Position numbers and translations under genes: made by a program. DNA of 64,000 nt from Vicugna vicugna (Eukaryota): positions 1,811,061 through 1,875,060 of the forward strand of contig MU058423.1 of the NCBI GenBank assembly GCA_013265495.1. The letters are read 5' to 3'. A model generated the notes under the pieces. That model had not been told where the DNA came from, searched no databases, and saw only the letters and a program-made list of their open reading frames with translations. Below, piece after piece: positions 24,136 through 36,715 of the stretch; the first letter of the stretch is position 1, and the number at the start of each line of letters is the position of its first letter.

Positions 24136-25422
24136 CTGTGAGCCATGATCTAGAGGTTCTGCCTTTCTACCTCCTCCTGCCCACGATCTGCATGGTTCCT
24201 GCTTCTGCAACCTCCCTCCCCACAGCTGGACTGTCTGACTCTACCAGCATCCTCAGCCCGGCCATGACTAACATTTGCCTGGTTCCCAGGGCCTGAGCCC
24301 ACATCCAGGGGCCACTCGCCCCAGCTCGGGGCTCTCCCTTGCTCTTGCATGTTCTTTCCCCCTCAGCATCAGGAATGAGAGATACCCCCGTGCTGACTCC
24401 TGCCTGGCAGCTCCACCAGGATTCCGTGGGGTCCCTGGACCCTGCCCTGTGGGGATACCTAGCCACCTGCATCCAGCCTGCAACACCAACTTCTAAGCCA
24501 GAGTTGCACACCCTTTGGGTTCCTTAGTGTGACATCCTTCCTAAAATTGCTGACAGCCTATCCCACCCCAGTCAGTGGGTTTAGTCCCACCAGCATTCCC
24601 CTGTCTGCCCCTTCTCCTCGGTGCCCTGACCATGCAGGGACAAGGCCCCAGTCTCAGCATTCATTCCTGCCTGGTCCATCCCACACCTCCAGTGTTCCAG
24701 GACAATAATGGTAATGTGAGTGACACTCAGTGCGGGACCCTCCAAGCACACAGCTCTAGATCTCAGAGGCAGAGTCCACAGGGATAAATCAACTCCCTGT
24801 GACATCACTAGGCTGGAACCAGTTCAGCCAAAGGCTGCTGTCAGAAAGCTCTGTTCAGAGAAACCGGGAGACCTCTGAGTAACCCACAGGGGGACCTTGG
24901 GCAAGTCACAGTACTCTGTGTCTGGATAACTCAGAAGTTAGGGTCAGTGATTTCCAAGGTGCCATCTAACTCTCTCCACTGGGTCAGCATGAACTGCAAT
25001 AAAACAGCTGCTGCCAAGGTTGTCCTGCGCAGGTGACCTTTGCCCAAGCCCAGAAGTGTCGTGTAGTCTGGACACCACTCGGCAGAGCTGCTGTAGAGGG
25101 GCTTCCTGCTTGGAGAAGAGGCTGGAGCAGACCACTCCCAACACTTCCCGACTCCAGAATTCCGAGCCGCAGGTTCTGCATCTCGTGAAAAAGGTGCAGA
25201 GTCCCACGAGCCCCGTCCTATGACTGCGTGATTTCATTTCACCCTCGCATCACAACAGCCTAAAAGATAAACAGCAGACTCCCTTTTACAGTTGAAGAAC
25301 AGACTCAGAAAAGTTAAGAAATACCTCAAGGCCATATCACCCAGGTCTGTCTGAGTCCAGAGCAGCCCTCCGCCACCCAGTGCTGCCTGGACAAGACCCT
25401 GACATCATGTAGGCGGGACCTT

Positions 25423-25641
25423 CCTCAGCTTGGCGCTTTCCAGGTAAACGAGGCGTTCACATGCATGGGTGCTTTCTTTTGCACATGCTATTTGGCACCT
25501 GCGTGGAATGCCCTTCTCCATATCCCTCCTTCCACTCCACAAACCAAACCTCTTCTCTGCTTTGGGAGACCCCACTGATCCTACAAGACTCAGCTCAGGT
25601 TGCTCCTGAGAGATGAGATCTTCCCCTCCTCCCTTTGCTTA
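25423..25641 (+). repeat. Donor copy of a ~219-bp local direct repeat (L2-derived)
   Basis: Aligns without gaps to 27201-27419 at offset 1778, with about 12 mismatches; 25508-25626 is identical to 27286-27404. Confidence 0.95.
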
Positions 25642-27200
25642 TCTCCCTCCCCTTCCCCAACCTAAGTGTTCCCTCCTCTGTGATCCCGTGGCAAAGACTC
25701 CCCTTTTATTTCCCCAGGCAGCAGGCTCAGAGCTAGGTGCTGGCTCGTGGCACTCATCCAGTCCCCTCTGTATCCTGTGAGGTAGTTCTTCATGTTTTCA
25801 TTTTATAGTCGTGGATCTAAACCTTTGTTGCTTTCCCCGCCTCCCCCTACCACATCTCTATCTACAATACTGAGCCCAGTGCCAGGGTGTGCATTAGGTG
25901 CTGAGCAATCGTGTGCTTCTATGATGAGAACCTGCTTGCCCCACTAACGTCTTTGGGTGCTGACAGATGGAGCAGGTCTTTGCTACAGAAATGTGAACCT
26001 AAGCCAATCAGACCTGATGGTGGGTTTGTTCCCGGACCTTTAGAACAGCTCCTTGTTCACATCCACCCTTGACTCACTCTCCCCCTACCCGGTCCGTCCC
26101 TCTCTCCCAGTGTACACAGCTGGGGTGATGGAGTCTCCCTTGAGGAGTGCACAGCCCTGCTCATCCTTTTTCCCAGAAACTGGAGCACAAGGGTTTAGGT
26201 CAGAAGAGTGAACCCTGAGAGGCCTTGGGATCTGATAGGGGAGTTCATTTTTCATGGCTTGGTGTCCAATTGGTCAGATGGGGGGCAGCGCCCAGGCGGT
26301 GGGTGGTAGGAATAGAGCCAGAGGTCAGAGCAGAGAGCAAGCGGATCAGGTTCTCAGGGAAGGACCAAACAGGACTGCATCACTGGGCCTGCACACTGGG
26401 GAGAAGGGGGTCAGAGCAGATATTTAGGTGCGGGGCCAGGGTGACTGGGGAGGTCAGGAGTCAGCCAGGCAGCACTGGAAACAGTAAGGACATTAGCCAG
26501 TGGGTGTTCAGTCGTGTTTGAGGGAGCTGGAGAGGCTTCAAGGAGCAGGGAATACAGGGGCCCAGCAGGCAGGGCTCAAGACTCCCACCCCATCCCCAGC
26601 TCAAGTAGAACAGCTTCTCTTTACCTGTTTTACATACTGGACTTCCGTACAAAATTTCCTTTGAATAAAGAAAGGATTGTGCTGTGACGAGGAGGAGGAA
26701 GGGGAGGACTCACCGCGGCCTGGGTTGTAAACCCCCCAGGTCTTGGACCTCAGCCCCTTCTTCCTCCCTGTCTCCCAGCCTCAGGCTCAGCAGAGTGCGG
26801 AAGCTACCAGCAACTGGTGAGCAGTCCACACCATCACCCTCCAGCCTGTGTGGCCCGTAAAGACATGACCTAACTTGCCCGCCCTCTTCCTGAGCAGCCC
26901 CCGCTCCAGTCTTCAGAGCATCATTCTTCAGGTCCTTCCTGCCATCACTCTTGCAAGATCTCCTCTCTGTGGAATGACATCATCATCTGCCTGCCGTCCC
27001 TCGGCCTGGAGCACTTTTCCTTTAGCTTAGCTGCTCCTTCCCTGGGGAGCCCTCATTGACTTCCTCAGGCAGGGTTAGCCCCACATACACCCGAAGCATC
27101 CCACCTGCTGCCCTGCACGTTACACACTCACGCCTTCACAGAGGTGAAGTCGGTACATCGAGATTCACGTTTCAGCTCTGCCATCTCAGGAGCTACATGG

Positions 27201-27419
27201 CCTGAGCTTGGACCTTTCCAGGTAAACCAGGCGTTCACATGCGTGGGTGCTTTCCTCTGCACGTGCTATTTGGCACCTGTGTGGCATGCCCTTCTCCATA
27301 TCCCTCCTTCCACTCCACAAACCAAACCTCTTCTCTGCTTTGGGAGACCCCACTGATCCTACAAGACTCAGCTCAGGTTGCTCCTGAGAGATGAGATCTT
27401 CCCCGCCTCCCTTTGTTTA
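27201..27419 (+). repeat. Derived copy of the ~219-bp direct repeat, inserted in a MIR
   Basis: Same alignment as above. The left flank (cagctctgcca...agctacatggcct) and right flank (aacctccctg...ctcagtttcc...gataataatagtacct) are consecutive halves of one MIR. Confidence 0.9.
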
Positions 27420-27613
27420 TTCCAAACCTCCCTGGTGACTCAGTTTCCCCAAACTTGAGATAATAATAGTACCTGCAACTACTGCCACGGGCAAGGGGTG
27501 GGGGTGGGGTTTCCAGTAGGATCAGACCCCTAAGCACTCGGCCCCGTACCCAGCGCGGAGTCAGCACTCAATAAACAGCAGCTGCTGTAAATCTTATTCT
27601 CCAGTGAATCTTT

Positions 27614-27678
27614 TTTGATTTATTGTTATTGAAGTATAGTTGATGTACAGTGTTGTATTAGTTTCAGGTGTACATGTG
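27614..27678 (-). mobile_element. Very short L1 3' stub with 12-bp TSD
   Basis: ttattgaagtatagttgatgtacagtgttgtattagtttcaggtgtaca is the L1 3' end in reverse. TSDs are cagtgaatcttt (27602-27613) and cagtgaattttt (27679-27690); the endonuclease site is TTTT/AT. Confidence 0.85.
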
Positions 27679-30600
27679 CAGTGAATTTTTATGAGCAATT
27701 CTGAGCTCCATTTCCTGCACCATTTCCCCATCATGAATTTTTGCACACGCAGTTCAAATGTTTTTGCAGTTTCTTCTCGGTTGACTCTTTCGACAAGAGT
27801 GACGGGTTCCCATGCCAGTAAGAACAGAGAAGAGAAGCCGCATCAGGAAGAGAAAAGAAAGGAGAAAGGTACATTTTTTAACAGTTTTATAGCCATCGGG
27901 AGAGTCTTGTTTTTTCTATCCATAGAAAGTCCTGCTTCTCACCCAGCATTTATGGCATTGTCTTCTTTGGCTGTGACACCCCCTCGCCCCATTGGTGCCT
28001 AACCCCTTTGTTGGCCCAGCAGGCTGCCCAGCGGAGGGGTAGGGGGAGCAGTCCCCTCTGAGGAGCACCCAGGCAGTGGCCATCTTCCCACAAACAGCAG
28101 GATGAAGGGTTGTAGTGGGTGGAGAGGCCATTCTGGACTCACACACACACTGGGCCCTGCCACATGCAGTCCCCTCTTCCCCCGTCAGGACCCCTCCCAC
28201 TGCTCAGAGGAATCAGATCCTCAAGGCTGGAGCTTGTCTGCCAAGTAGCACTCATCTGCTGGGAGTGAACCTGAGTCGCCATCTTATTGGGTTGCCCCCT
28301 GGACCACGAGGACCTTGAAAGGTATTAACATATGTTCCTGCATAACCAAAGCACCCAGCACAGCTAGCACAGTTTCTGTGCCCAATAACTGGTTGTTGAG
28401 TAAGTGAACAGAATCCCCATCCCAATCCTGAGAGAAGGGGGTGACTTGGAGCAGAGCTGGAGCCGCCTCACCTGCCCGCCCCCCGCCAGCACATCTACAT
28501 CCCTCTTGGGAGGGGCCTCCCTGGGCAGGGAGGGCAGGCACAGCCCTGGGCAGCAGGAGAAAAGCCAGGCATTCTGAGTCCCTCACCCTCTGGGATTCTA
28601 GTCTCTTGTCCACTCCTCACAGGACAAGGCCAACTGGGTACCCCTGAGGGGGGTGCAACAACGGGAAGAGAAAGGCTGGAGTCGGGGAGGGCATCCTTTA
28701 TTGATGGACTCATTAGCTATTGATGAGAAGGGCCTTGGTGTTGGCCCTGTGCCCGTCCCAGGGGACTGAGCTGGGGTGGGGCCAGGGCATTCACGGTGGG
28801 CCTCGAGCACTTCCTGAGCCAGGACTCAGACTCTGATTCAAGGAATTAGTAAGACGGTCACCAGACTCTGTGGGGCACGAACTCTCTTCCAAGATGGAGG
28901 CCCAGAAAGTACCAGGCTGCCCTGTGTATGGTAAATAAGCCCGCCCCTGTGAGGAACAGCAAAGATCCATCACCTCAAGATGGCCCGGAATACCCACCAG
29001 CAGAGCCTCCTGTGGAGTTAAGACACTGTGTATCTGTGGATCCCCAAAAGCAAAGGGCATAACTTCCATAGGTTATTCCATGCCAGGCAATGGATGCACA
29101 GAGAGGTTAGGCAGTTTGCCCAAGGTCACACAGCTAGTAGCTGAGCCTGGGTTTGGACCCAGGCCATGGGCTCCAGAGCCTATGTGCTGAACCACTGTGC
29201 TGTATTCCCTCAGGAAGTTTAAGGGATGTGCTCAAAAGGACCAGCGGTAAATGTAAAATTCGACACCCAATGTTCTAATACCAAAGCAGTCTTATTCTGC
29301 CCCTCCGCCTCTCCCTTCTCGCTGTTACCCAAACAAAGCCCCTCAGGACGGTGAGGGCAGAGAGCCAGGGCAGCTCCTTCTCCCTGTCATGGCCCTGTGG
29401 GGCCAAGTGGTCCTGTCTCCTCCAGGCCAGGGCTCTCCCAGGAAGCCTGAAAGGAGTCTGGTTGGAGCTGGAGTGAGGACCCTTCTCCTGTTGGTCAGGT
29501 CAAGGTTCTACCCCCCACGCCCACTGGGACTGAAGCAGGCCACCAGCTGTACCCCTACCTGGCCTTTCTCACGGTTGGGGAGGGAGGCCCAGATGGAGTC
29601 CAGGGCCCTGTTGTAAGAACCTCAGTGCCGGGGATCAGTCACTGAGGAGCCCAGAAAAACCATGCCTGACTTGATCACCCATGATCAAAGTATCCTTTGA
29701 GCTGGGGGTAATAATGGGAAGATACAAACACCACCACCACCCTCTGCATCTACATGTTACCCCTGGCTCTCAGGAAACATCCCCTGGGTCAGCAATTAAT
29801 TCAGCCTCGGGGTCAGTATCTGATCTGTACACCATCAGCCATGAAGGTGGAGGACCATCCTTTCCCGAGTTCACTTTGCTGGGTTTACCCCTGGGGCCCT
29901 GCACTTTGCACCCTGCCCGCTGACCCTCACTGGATCCTCTCTCTCGAGCATCCTCCAGAGAGAGGCAGAGACAGCAAAGGCGATCCTGTTTCACAGGATA
30001 GGATTTCTGAATCCCAGGCATCTGCTGGTCAGGCTCCTTTCTTCCAGTTCACCCGTCTGCCCTGAGACCAGCAGGTCCCCTCAGCCATGGAGAGCTGACC
30101 AAGCAGAGCGTTAGAGGATGGCACAGGCCGAACCAGAAGCCCCTTCTCATCCACTGCTCCTGCTGGTGAGTCCTCCACACTTCTCTCTCTGGCCCACACT
30201 TAACCCCACACCTGCCTCCCTGGCCTTGGGCTGCCCAGGCAGGGAATGGAAGGTGAGGAAGTAGATGCGGTGGGTGCCTGCCAGGTGGAGTGGGGCCAAG
30301 CAGGTGCCTCCACTCCAGTTCCCTGGAGGGGACCACGTGTGTCCACAGACCCCAGAATTGGCTGCAGAGACTAGAGGAGGCCAAGGTCCCACCACTGTGG
30401 GAGAAAAAGAGGCCCAGGATGGGTGCCTGGCTGAGAAAGGTGAGGAGCTTTGATCTGGATGCTGAGGAATCTGCTGGAGGCCAGGTGCAGGGGCAGCTGG
30501 ATCCATCTGGCTGTGGAATAACCACATGGGGAGGCCGTGGCAGAGATCAGGCAAGACAAGGCTGACAGAGGAATGGTGGGGCAGGGAGATGGGACTTTAC

Positions 30601-30839
30601 GGAGGCAGACCCCACCAGGTTTGGAAACTGATGGGATGTGAAGGCTGAGGAGAAGGAGACCTTTACCTGAACAGAGAACCAGTCTGGGGCACAGCCTGGG
30701 GGAAGAAGACTCTGTGAGCTCAGACAATCGCGGGGCGGCTCCAGTTACGCTCTCAAAGCCAGGCCAAGGCCAGGCAGTTGTTCCCCAGGGTCAGCCAGGC
30801 CCAGGCCCCTAAATGCATTCTAAGCACTCTTTACGTAGC

Positions 30840-31050
30840 ACTCCCCATGTGTTTGGTGCCGTTCTAAGCATTTGACAACATTTACCCCTTTAACCATTTC
30901 AACAGCCCTAGGATGTTGGCAGTCTCCCCCATTTTACAGATGAAGAAGCTGAGGCACAAAGATTAGGTGACTTGCGCAGGGCTAGGTGGTCACAGTTCCA
31001 AACCCAGGCCTGCAGGCTCCAGAGTCTAAGCTTGTAACGGCTGTGCGAGC
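30840..31050 (-). mobile_element. MIR SINE
   Basis: cccattttacagatgaagaagctgaggcacaaagattaggtgacttgc. Confidence 0.85.
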
Positions 31051-31204
31051 TGCCTTCTGAGGAGGTAGGGGGTGGTGAGGCAGGTTCAAGTAAACGTATA
31101 ACGATGAACTGTCATATGTTATTGCGAAAACAGGGAAGATGATTAGGGAAGAAAATCATTGCATCCCCAACCGTGAACAAGGCTCCCTAGCCACATGGAA
31201 ACAG

Positions 31205-31385
31205 TTTCAGGCTTAGAATCAGACAAGGGAGGGCTAAGTCCCTGCTCTACCACTTGGCACCGTGACCTCTCTAGGCCTCAATTTCCTTGTCTGTAAAAGG
31301 GAGACAGTAATAGTCCACCTCCGAGGTCTGTTGTGAGGGTCAAATGAAAACAGGAATGTGAAAATGCCTTAGAAGCCACGGAGTT
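31205..31385 (+). mobile_element. MIR SINE
   Basis: ctctaccacttggcaccgtgacctctctaggcctcaatttccttgtctgtaaaaggg...ttgtgagggtcaaatga. Confidence 0.8.
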
Positions 31386-34300
31386 GCACAAAAGTGAGGG
31401 CTAACAGAAGATCTGGAAGGTGGGGCTCTTCATCAGGTGGACGGCTCTGGCCCGGGGGCTGTGCCTCTCTGCCCCGTGTGTCTCCATGAGCCTCTGTCAT
31501 CCGGTGTCTCGCCTGTGCCTCCGACGCACTCCTTCACCGTGGACATATTGACACCCTCCTGCAAAGGTGTCGGGGTTGGCAAGGTGGGGCGGGTGGTTTC
31601 ATGCCCGCTTTAAAGATGACGAAACTAGAGCTTGGGAAGCTGAAGTGACGCCCCTAGAGCTGCCCAGCCGGTGAGAGGTCGAGGCAGCCTTGAACCCAGG
31701 GCTAATGATTCCACATACTGTGCCCCCTTCCAGCTAGGAAACTGGCTTTGTGAAAATTGGTGGCTGAGGGCAAGGTTGGCAGTAGAGGGCTAAATAGAAA
31801 TGTCCCCTGTTGTACAATTTTATCTGATTGTTTCTTATACTCCTGGGGATGCCCAACAAAAACCCCCCACCTGGGGGGTGAGCAGGAGAGGTTTTGCAGG
31901 GACAGAAACCCCACACACTACCACTTATCTGGTCCTGCCAGTCCCACACCCCACAGCTGAGCTGAGCTGGCCAAGAGGGAAGTTCTGCAGGGCCTCCGTC
32001 CAAGCTCTCATGGCGAGCAGCAGCAAGACACAGAGTGACCGTTTGGAGGACAGAGCATGGTGTGAGTGCATGGAGAGTGTTTGGCCTCGGTCTCAACTCT
32101 CTGCAGTGTCACCTCCTGGCTCCTCATCTCCCCAAGGACCTGCTTGGGTGTGGTTGACACCCAGAACTCTGGAGAGAGCTGGCCCAAAATCACAATGAGC
32201 TTCCCACTTCCCAAAGCCCAAAGGATGTTTCAGTGACAGAGGACAGACACAGCATCACAGAAGGTACAGGCACTGGTGGAACCAGCCCTCTAACAACCTA
32301 ACAAGAATGTGCAGGAAGTTGCTTGGGTTGCAGGCCCACGACCTCTCCGCCATCTCTCTTGGTACCCAGAAACTGTACCTATTTACCATCAGAGGCCAAA
32401 GCATCCTTCTCTCCAGAGCAAACAGGAAAGCAATATGGGGCCTTGGTGGTACTCAGAATCAAGGGATCAAGGAAAGGCCCCAGGAGTCTTGCCCACCAGC
32501 TGATTTCGAGAGCAAAAGTCTTTTCCACATTGTTGGGGGGAGCTGTTTCCAGTCTCCATGGTTAATAGCAGTTACATTGTAGGCCCTTATATTCCTGCCG
32601 GAATAAATTATCCTGAGATCATTATTTTCAGCGTCGCTGCTGCTGCTCAGGTTTTAAATGAAAGAGCTCTTGCCCATATCATTCTGTCTCTTTAGGAAGA
32701 CAGCTCTGTCCTTGAGTCGTCCCCACAGGGAGAGAGACATGCTGCCCCCACAGTGCCCACCCCGCCCTAACCAGGAGCAGAGCCACGTGACCCCCTCCTC
32801 GAGCTCCCTCCAGCCCTCCTTGTCTTCTTTCAATCGCTCCAAGTAACAGAATATCCTCCCATGCTAAGAGGCAGACAGACTAGATAGGGGAGGGGGTGTC
32901 AGGGCACAGTTGGAGCAGAAACATCTGTGAACCTGTGAACATGGGTGGTTTCTGTAGCTTCAGGTTTGTTCGTGAAAACTCACTTGTGTCTCTGCGTGTT
33001 GCCATGAGTACATGTCTGTCTAGGTGCACAGGTGTCTTGGTAATTTTCTGTGCAGCAAGTGAGATTCGTATGAGAAGGCACACACAGCCATGTTGATGCG
33101 TGTCCCTGAGTGTATCTACACAGGTCTGTGTCTGTGTGTGACTGTGTGTCTGTGCGTGGCCATGTCTGTATCCATGTCTCCGGTCCCAGGCACCGTCACT
33201 GGCCAAATGAGCACAGGCCACCCACGGTAGTGGATCTGCTGTTGTGGGACCACAGGGTAAAGGGAAGAATGTTGGTTTTGAACTAGAAAACTTGAGTTTG
33301 AGTCACAGCTTCATCGTGTAGTGGCCGAAGCACCTTTGATCAGTCGTGCACTTTTTGAGACCTCAGTTCCCCTATTTGTTAAATGGGGATAGTAATCCCT
33401 CCCTGCATCAGGGTCATTGTGAGGCTCAATCCTGTGTGGAAAGGCTTAGCCAGCAGGAGTGTAGGTGCCTGGAATGGACAGGAGGAAGCTGCTTCACCAC
33501 TAGTGAGCGGCTTAGAATACAGGCCATGCAAGTCATCTCCCCTGGATGGCCCCAGGGACATCTGCCCCCAGGCCTCCCCGTCCGCACCCAGCATACCTCC
33601 AGCAGGCTCAGCCTGAGCAGGAACAGCCTCCAAAAGGGCCCGGTGGCTGCAGCAGTAAGGGTGTGACCCAAGACGGGGCAGAGAAAGGGCCGTCCTCCCC
33701 CAGTCCCTGACCCACGGCCCGCCGATACTGGCTGCCAGCATTCTCAGAACACCTGTCACGTGCTGTGTGCTTTTTGTATGGTGTCACCTCCCCACCACAC
33801 ACTTGGGAGGCAGGTGCTAGTGAGGCCACTTGTCCTCCATCACATAGACAGGAAGTGGCCAAGCCAGGACTGAGAGGTGGCCCTCCCGTCGGCCTCAGAG
33901 CCCAAGCTCCAAACTAGGATGGAGAGCCTGCCTCAGGCTCACCAGGGAGCCGAGCCCTGCAGACTCCCGCCCCTAGCTTGCTGACGGCCTTCACTGGACT
34001 TCCACCCTCTGCACAGGGAAGCTGGGAGAGGTGGGTACTTGGGTTATCTCCCTGCAGGGACAGGAGGGCTGAGGAAGGCAGCTAAGCCACGGAGTCTTGC
34101 CTAAGACTCCATCTTACTACTCCCCAGCTGGGGAACCTGAGGCCCTTGGAGGGTGGGGTCCGTGTCCTGACCACTGGTAAGGCAGAGAGGAACAGAACCT
34201 GTGTCCTAACTGAGGCTGGGTCAGTGGCTCAGAGAGAGCCCAAGAGATGGCACTTGGACCAAAGGCGGGGCTGAGACGGGGAAGAGACAGTGTGTAAGAG

Positions 34301-34735
34301 CTGTCTGGAGGGAGAGTCAGCAGGCCCGAGGCCTGGCTGGAGCGCAGAGGAAACGAGATGGAAGAAGGGGCACTGTGGAGTCATCTACGCAGAGTGGACC
34401 AGGGACCGCGTCCAGCAGAACAACGATGCCCTCTTCTGTTAGGACATGAGCAGCGCCCATGTCTGCCTTCCAGCCACTCTGTCCTCTCAGTCACTGAACA
34501 ACAGGCAGTGGAAACCCACCCTGTGCCGGGCCCACCTGCCCACTTCCTTGTCTGCCATCTGCTGCCAGCCCTGTGACATCTGTGCCCTCCCTCCACACAG
34601 CTCTGCGTCCCCCACCCTGGGGCTCTCGGGGCCCTGTGTTGCAGTGTGCACCGTTGTCTGCACGATGACTTCTCCCAGCCCTTCTCTGACTCAAGGATGG
34701 TTGCTGCCTCACCTGCATGTGGAGGAGGTGTTGGA

Positions 34736-34748
34736 GTTGCTAGGCAAC
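34736..34748. promoter_or_regulatory. RFX X-box
   Basis: GTTGCTAGGCAAC (reverse complement GTTGCCTAGCAAC) is an exact 13-bp near-palindromic RFX site. Confidence 0.5.
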
Positions 34749-36404
34749 CAAGGGCAACTGATGGGGAAAGGCTACTGACTGCTCCAGATCACTCTGCCAA
34801 CTTGACAGGCCAGACCCAGAGACATCTATGAAACAGCTGCTCTGGGAGAGGCACAGGGCCAAGCCCCCACAGGGCCCTGCCTGCAGGAAGTGCCCGGTCC
34901 AGTCCAGGAAGAGACCACCAGCACCACAAAGCCATATCCATAGACCAGTTGCAAACGTGAAGCACTACAGAGCGCAGGGAGGCAGCCAGGTCACTGTGGT
35001 CCACACCAGCCATCCAGGAAGGACAGACGGGCCATAAATGATAGCGGCTCCCATCTAGGAATGCCTCCTGTGTGCCCTGCATGCTATTCACAGAATACAT
35101 TACCTCCTTCTTCCCCCAAGAACCCTAAGGGAAGGTATGATTAGACCCATTTGGAGAGGAAGAAAGCCAAGTTCACAGAGATGGTGATTTGCCCCAGGCC
35201 ATCCACCTACTGAGCACAGAGTTGAGATTCAAACTCAAGCCAATCTGGCTCTAGGGGAAGGAGAGGGAGCAAAGTTCGGAAGAGGAGGAGGTATAAGATG
35301 CGCTGGGGACAGTGAGTGAACCAGCCCGTCCCTGTGTACAAAGGTGCCAACGGACTGGAAGATGACAGGGCCCTGGGGAGATGAAACGTGCTTCAGATAA
35401 CGTGCCTTGTGCAGGGGTTCTCAGGAGGGCAAGAGTACCTCCACCTGGCTCCTCAGGGAAAGCTGTATCTTCAGGTGAAGCCAGAAGAAAGGGATGCATG
35501 TGGCAGCACCTGCACAAATAGAGGCCTGGAGGGAGGAAAACACAGTATGTCCAGAGGCAAAAAGAGGTTGTTTTCACCCAACGCACTGACTCAGCACTGT
35601 GCCAGGCAAGCACAGGGATGAATGGAATCAGACATCTTAGAAGACCATGTAATATGATGATCACTTCAGCCACGGGTAAGAGTTCAGCCTTGAGGACTGG
35701 TAATTCTATCGAAGCCGCAGAATGCTGGGCAGATGAAAAGATGTAAGACTCAGGGAAAGCCTTCAAGAACCCCACACTAAGCAAACAGAGCAGGCTCCAG
35801 GACCCTGCCTGGGGCGAGGGGAGCTGGCCCCCAAGCCCCCCAGCCCTGCAGCTCCACCCTCCCTGGGGTGCCCCACCCTGCCTCCTCCCAGGGGGCCAGT
35901 GTTGGGGGAGGAAGGCAGCCCCAGGGCAGAACCATCTTCCAGCTTGGCTCTCATGAATGGTCATCTCAAAGGCCTATGTAAGGGAGAGTGAGACCTCTCC
36001 AGAGGAGCAGATATTTCCCGGTGCAGGCAGCACACCGGACAGACAAAATGCCAAGCACTAAGCTAAAGGGAGCCAGACTGCCAGGGCCAGGGGCTGTCTT
36101 GACGGGTGCACACTTCCGGAGAAGGTGGCCTCCCACTGCCCGCTCTGCAGAAGCGCAGCCTCCTGGGTGTCCCTGGCTCCTGGGTGCATTCACTTTCTAA
36201 ACTATTTGCTGAGCCCTTGCAGCCTGGGGGCTTGGCACAAGCCCTGTGGTGAGTTCTACGTTAGAGTGACCCCCTCCTTCCACTTGACCCCTGCAGTTTA
36301 CAAAGCATCCCCACATCCCCTCTGGTCCTTACAAAGACTCAGAAGACTCATCAGCAGACCACACACTTGTATTCCCTGTTTTTGTTTGCTGTTTGCCTTT
36401 TCAT

Positions 36405-36715
36405 TTTAAGGGTGTTTTAAGACACAACGATGGGTACTACATGTAAAGTGTGCAACTTGATGAGTTTGGACCTATGTACACACCTGTGAAACCATCACCA
36501 CAATCAAGATAAACATAACCGTCACCCCTAAAAGAGGTCCCTTGGCCCCTCGGTGGCCCCTCCGTCTCCCTCCCACCCCCATCCCCAGGCAACAGCTGCT
36601 CTGCTTTCTGTCACTCTAGGTTCGTTTTCAGTTTCTAGGATCGTGTATAAATGGAACTACTGTATATGTAGCTTTTTAACCCGCCTTCTTTGACTCAGCA
36701 TATTTTCTTATTACA
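36405..36715 (-). mobile_element. Old L1M (L1MB-like) 3' region
   Basis: aaagtgtgcaacttgatgagtttgga...cacctgtgaaaccatcaccacaatcaagata...ccccaggcaac...tataaatggaa...ttctttgactcagcata. Confidence 0.8.

Noticed and set aside
29936-29965. 9-bp inverted repeat cctctctct/agagagagg
   Set aside because: A short low-complexity stem; chance.
35251-35964. 237-aa minus-strand ORF
   Set aside because: No recognisable motif, no codon-like periodicity that I could see, and it ends at a MIR; consistent with chance in GC-rich DNA.
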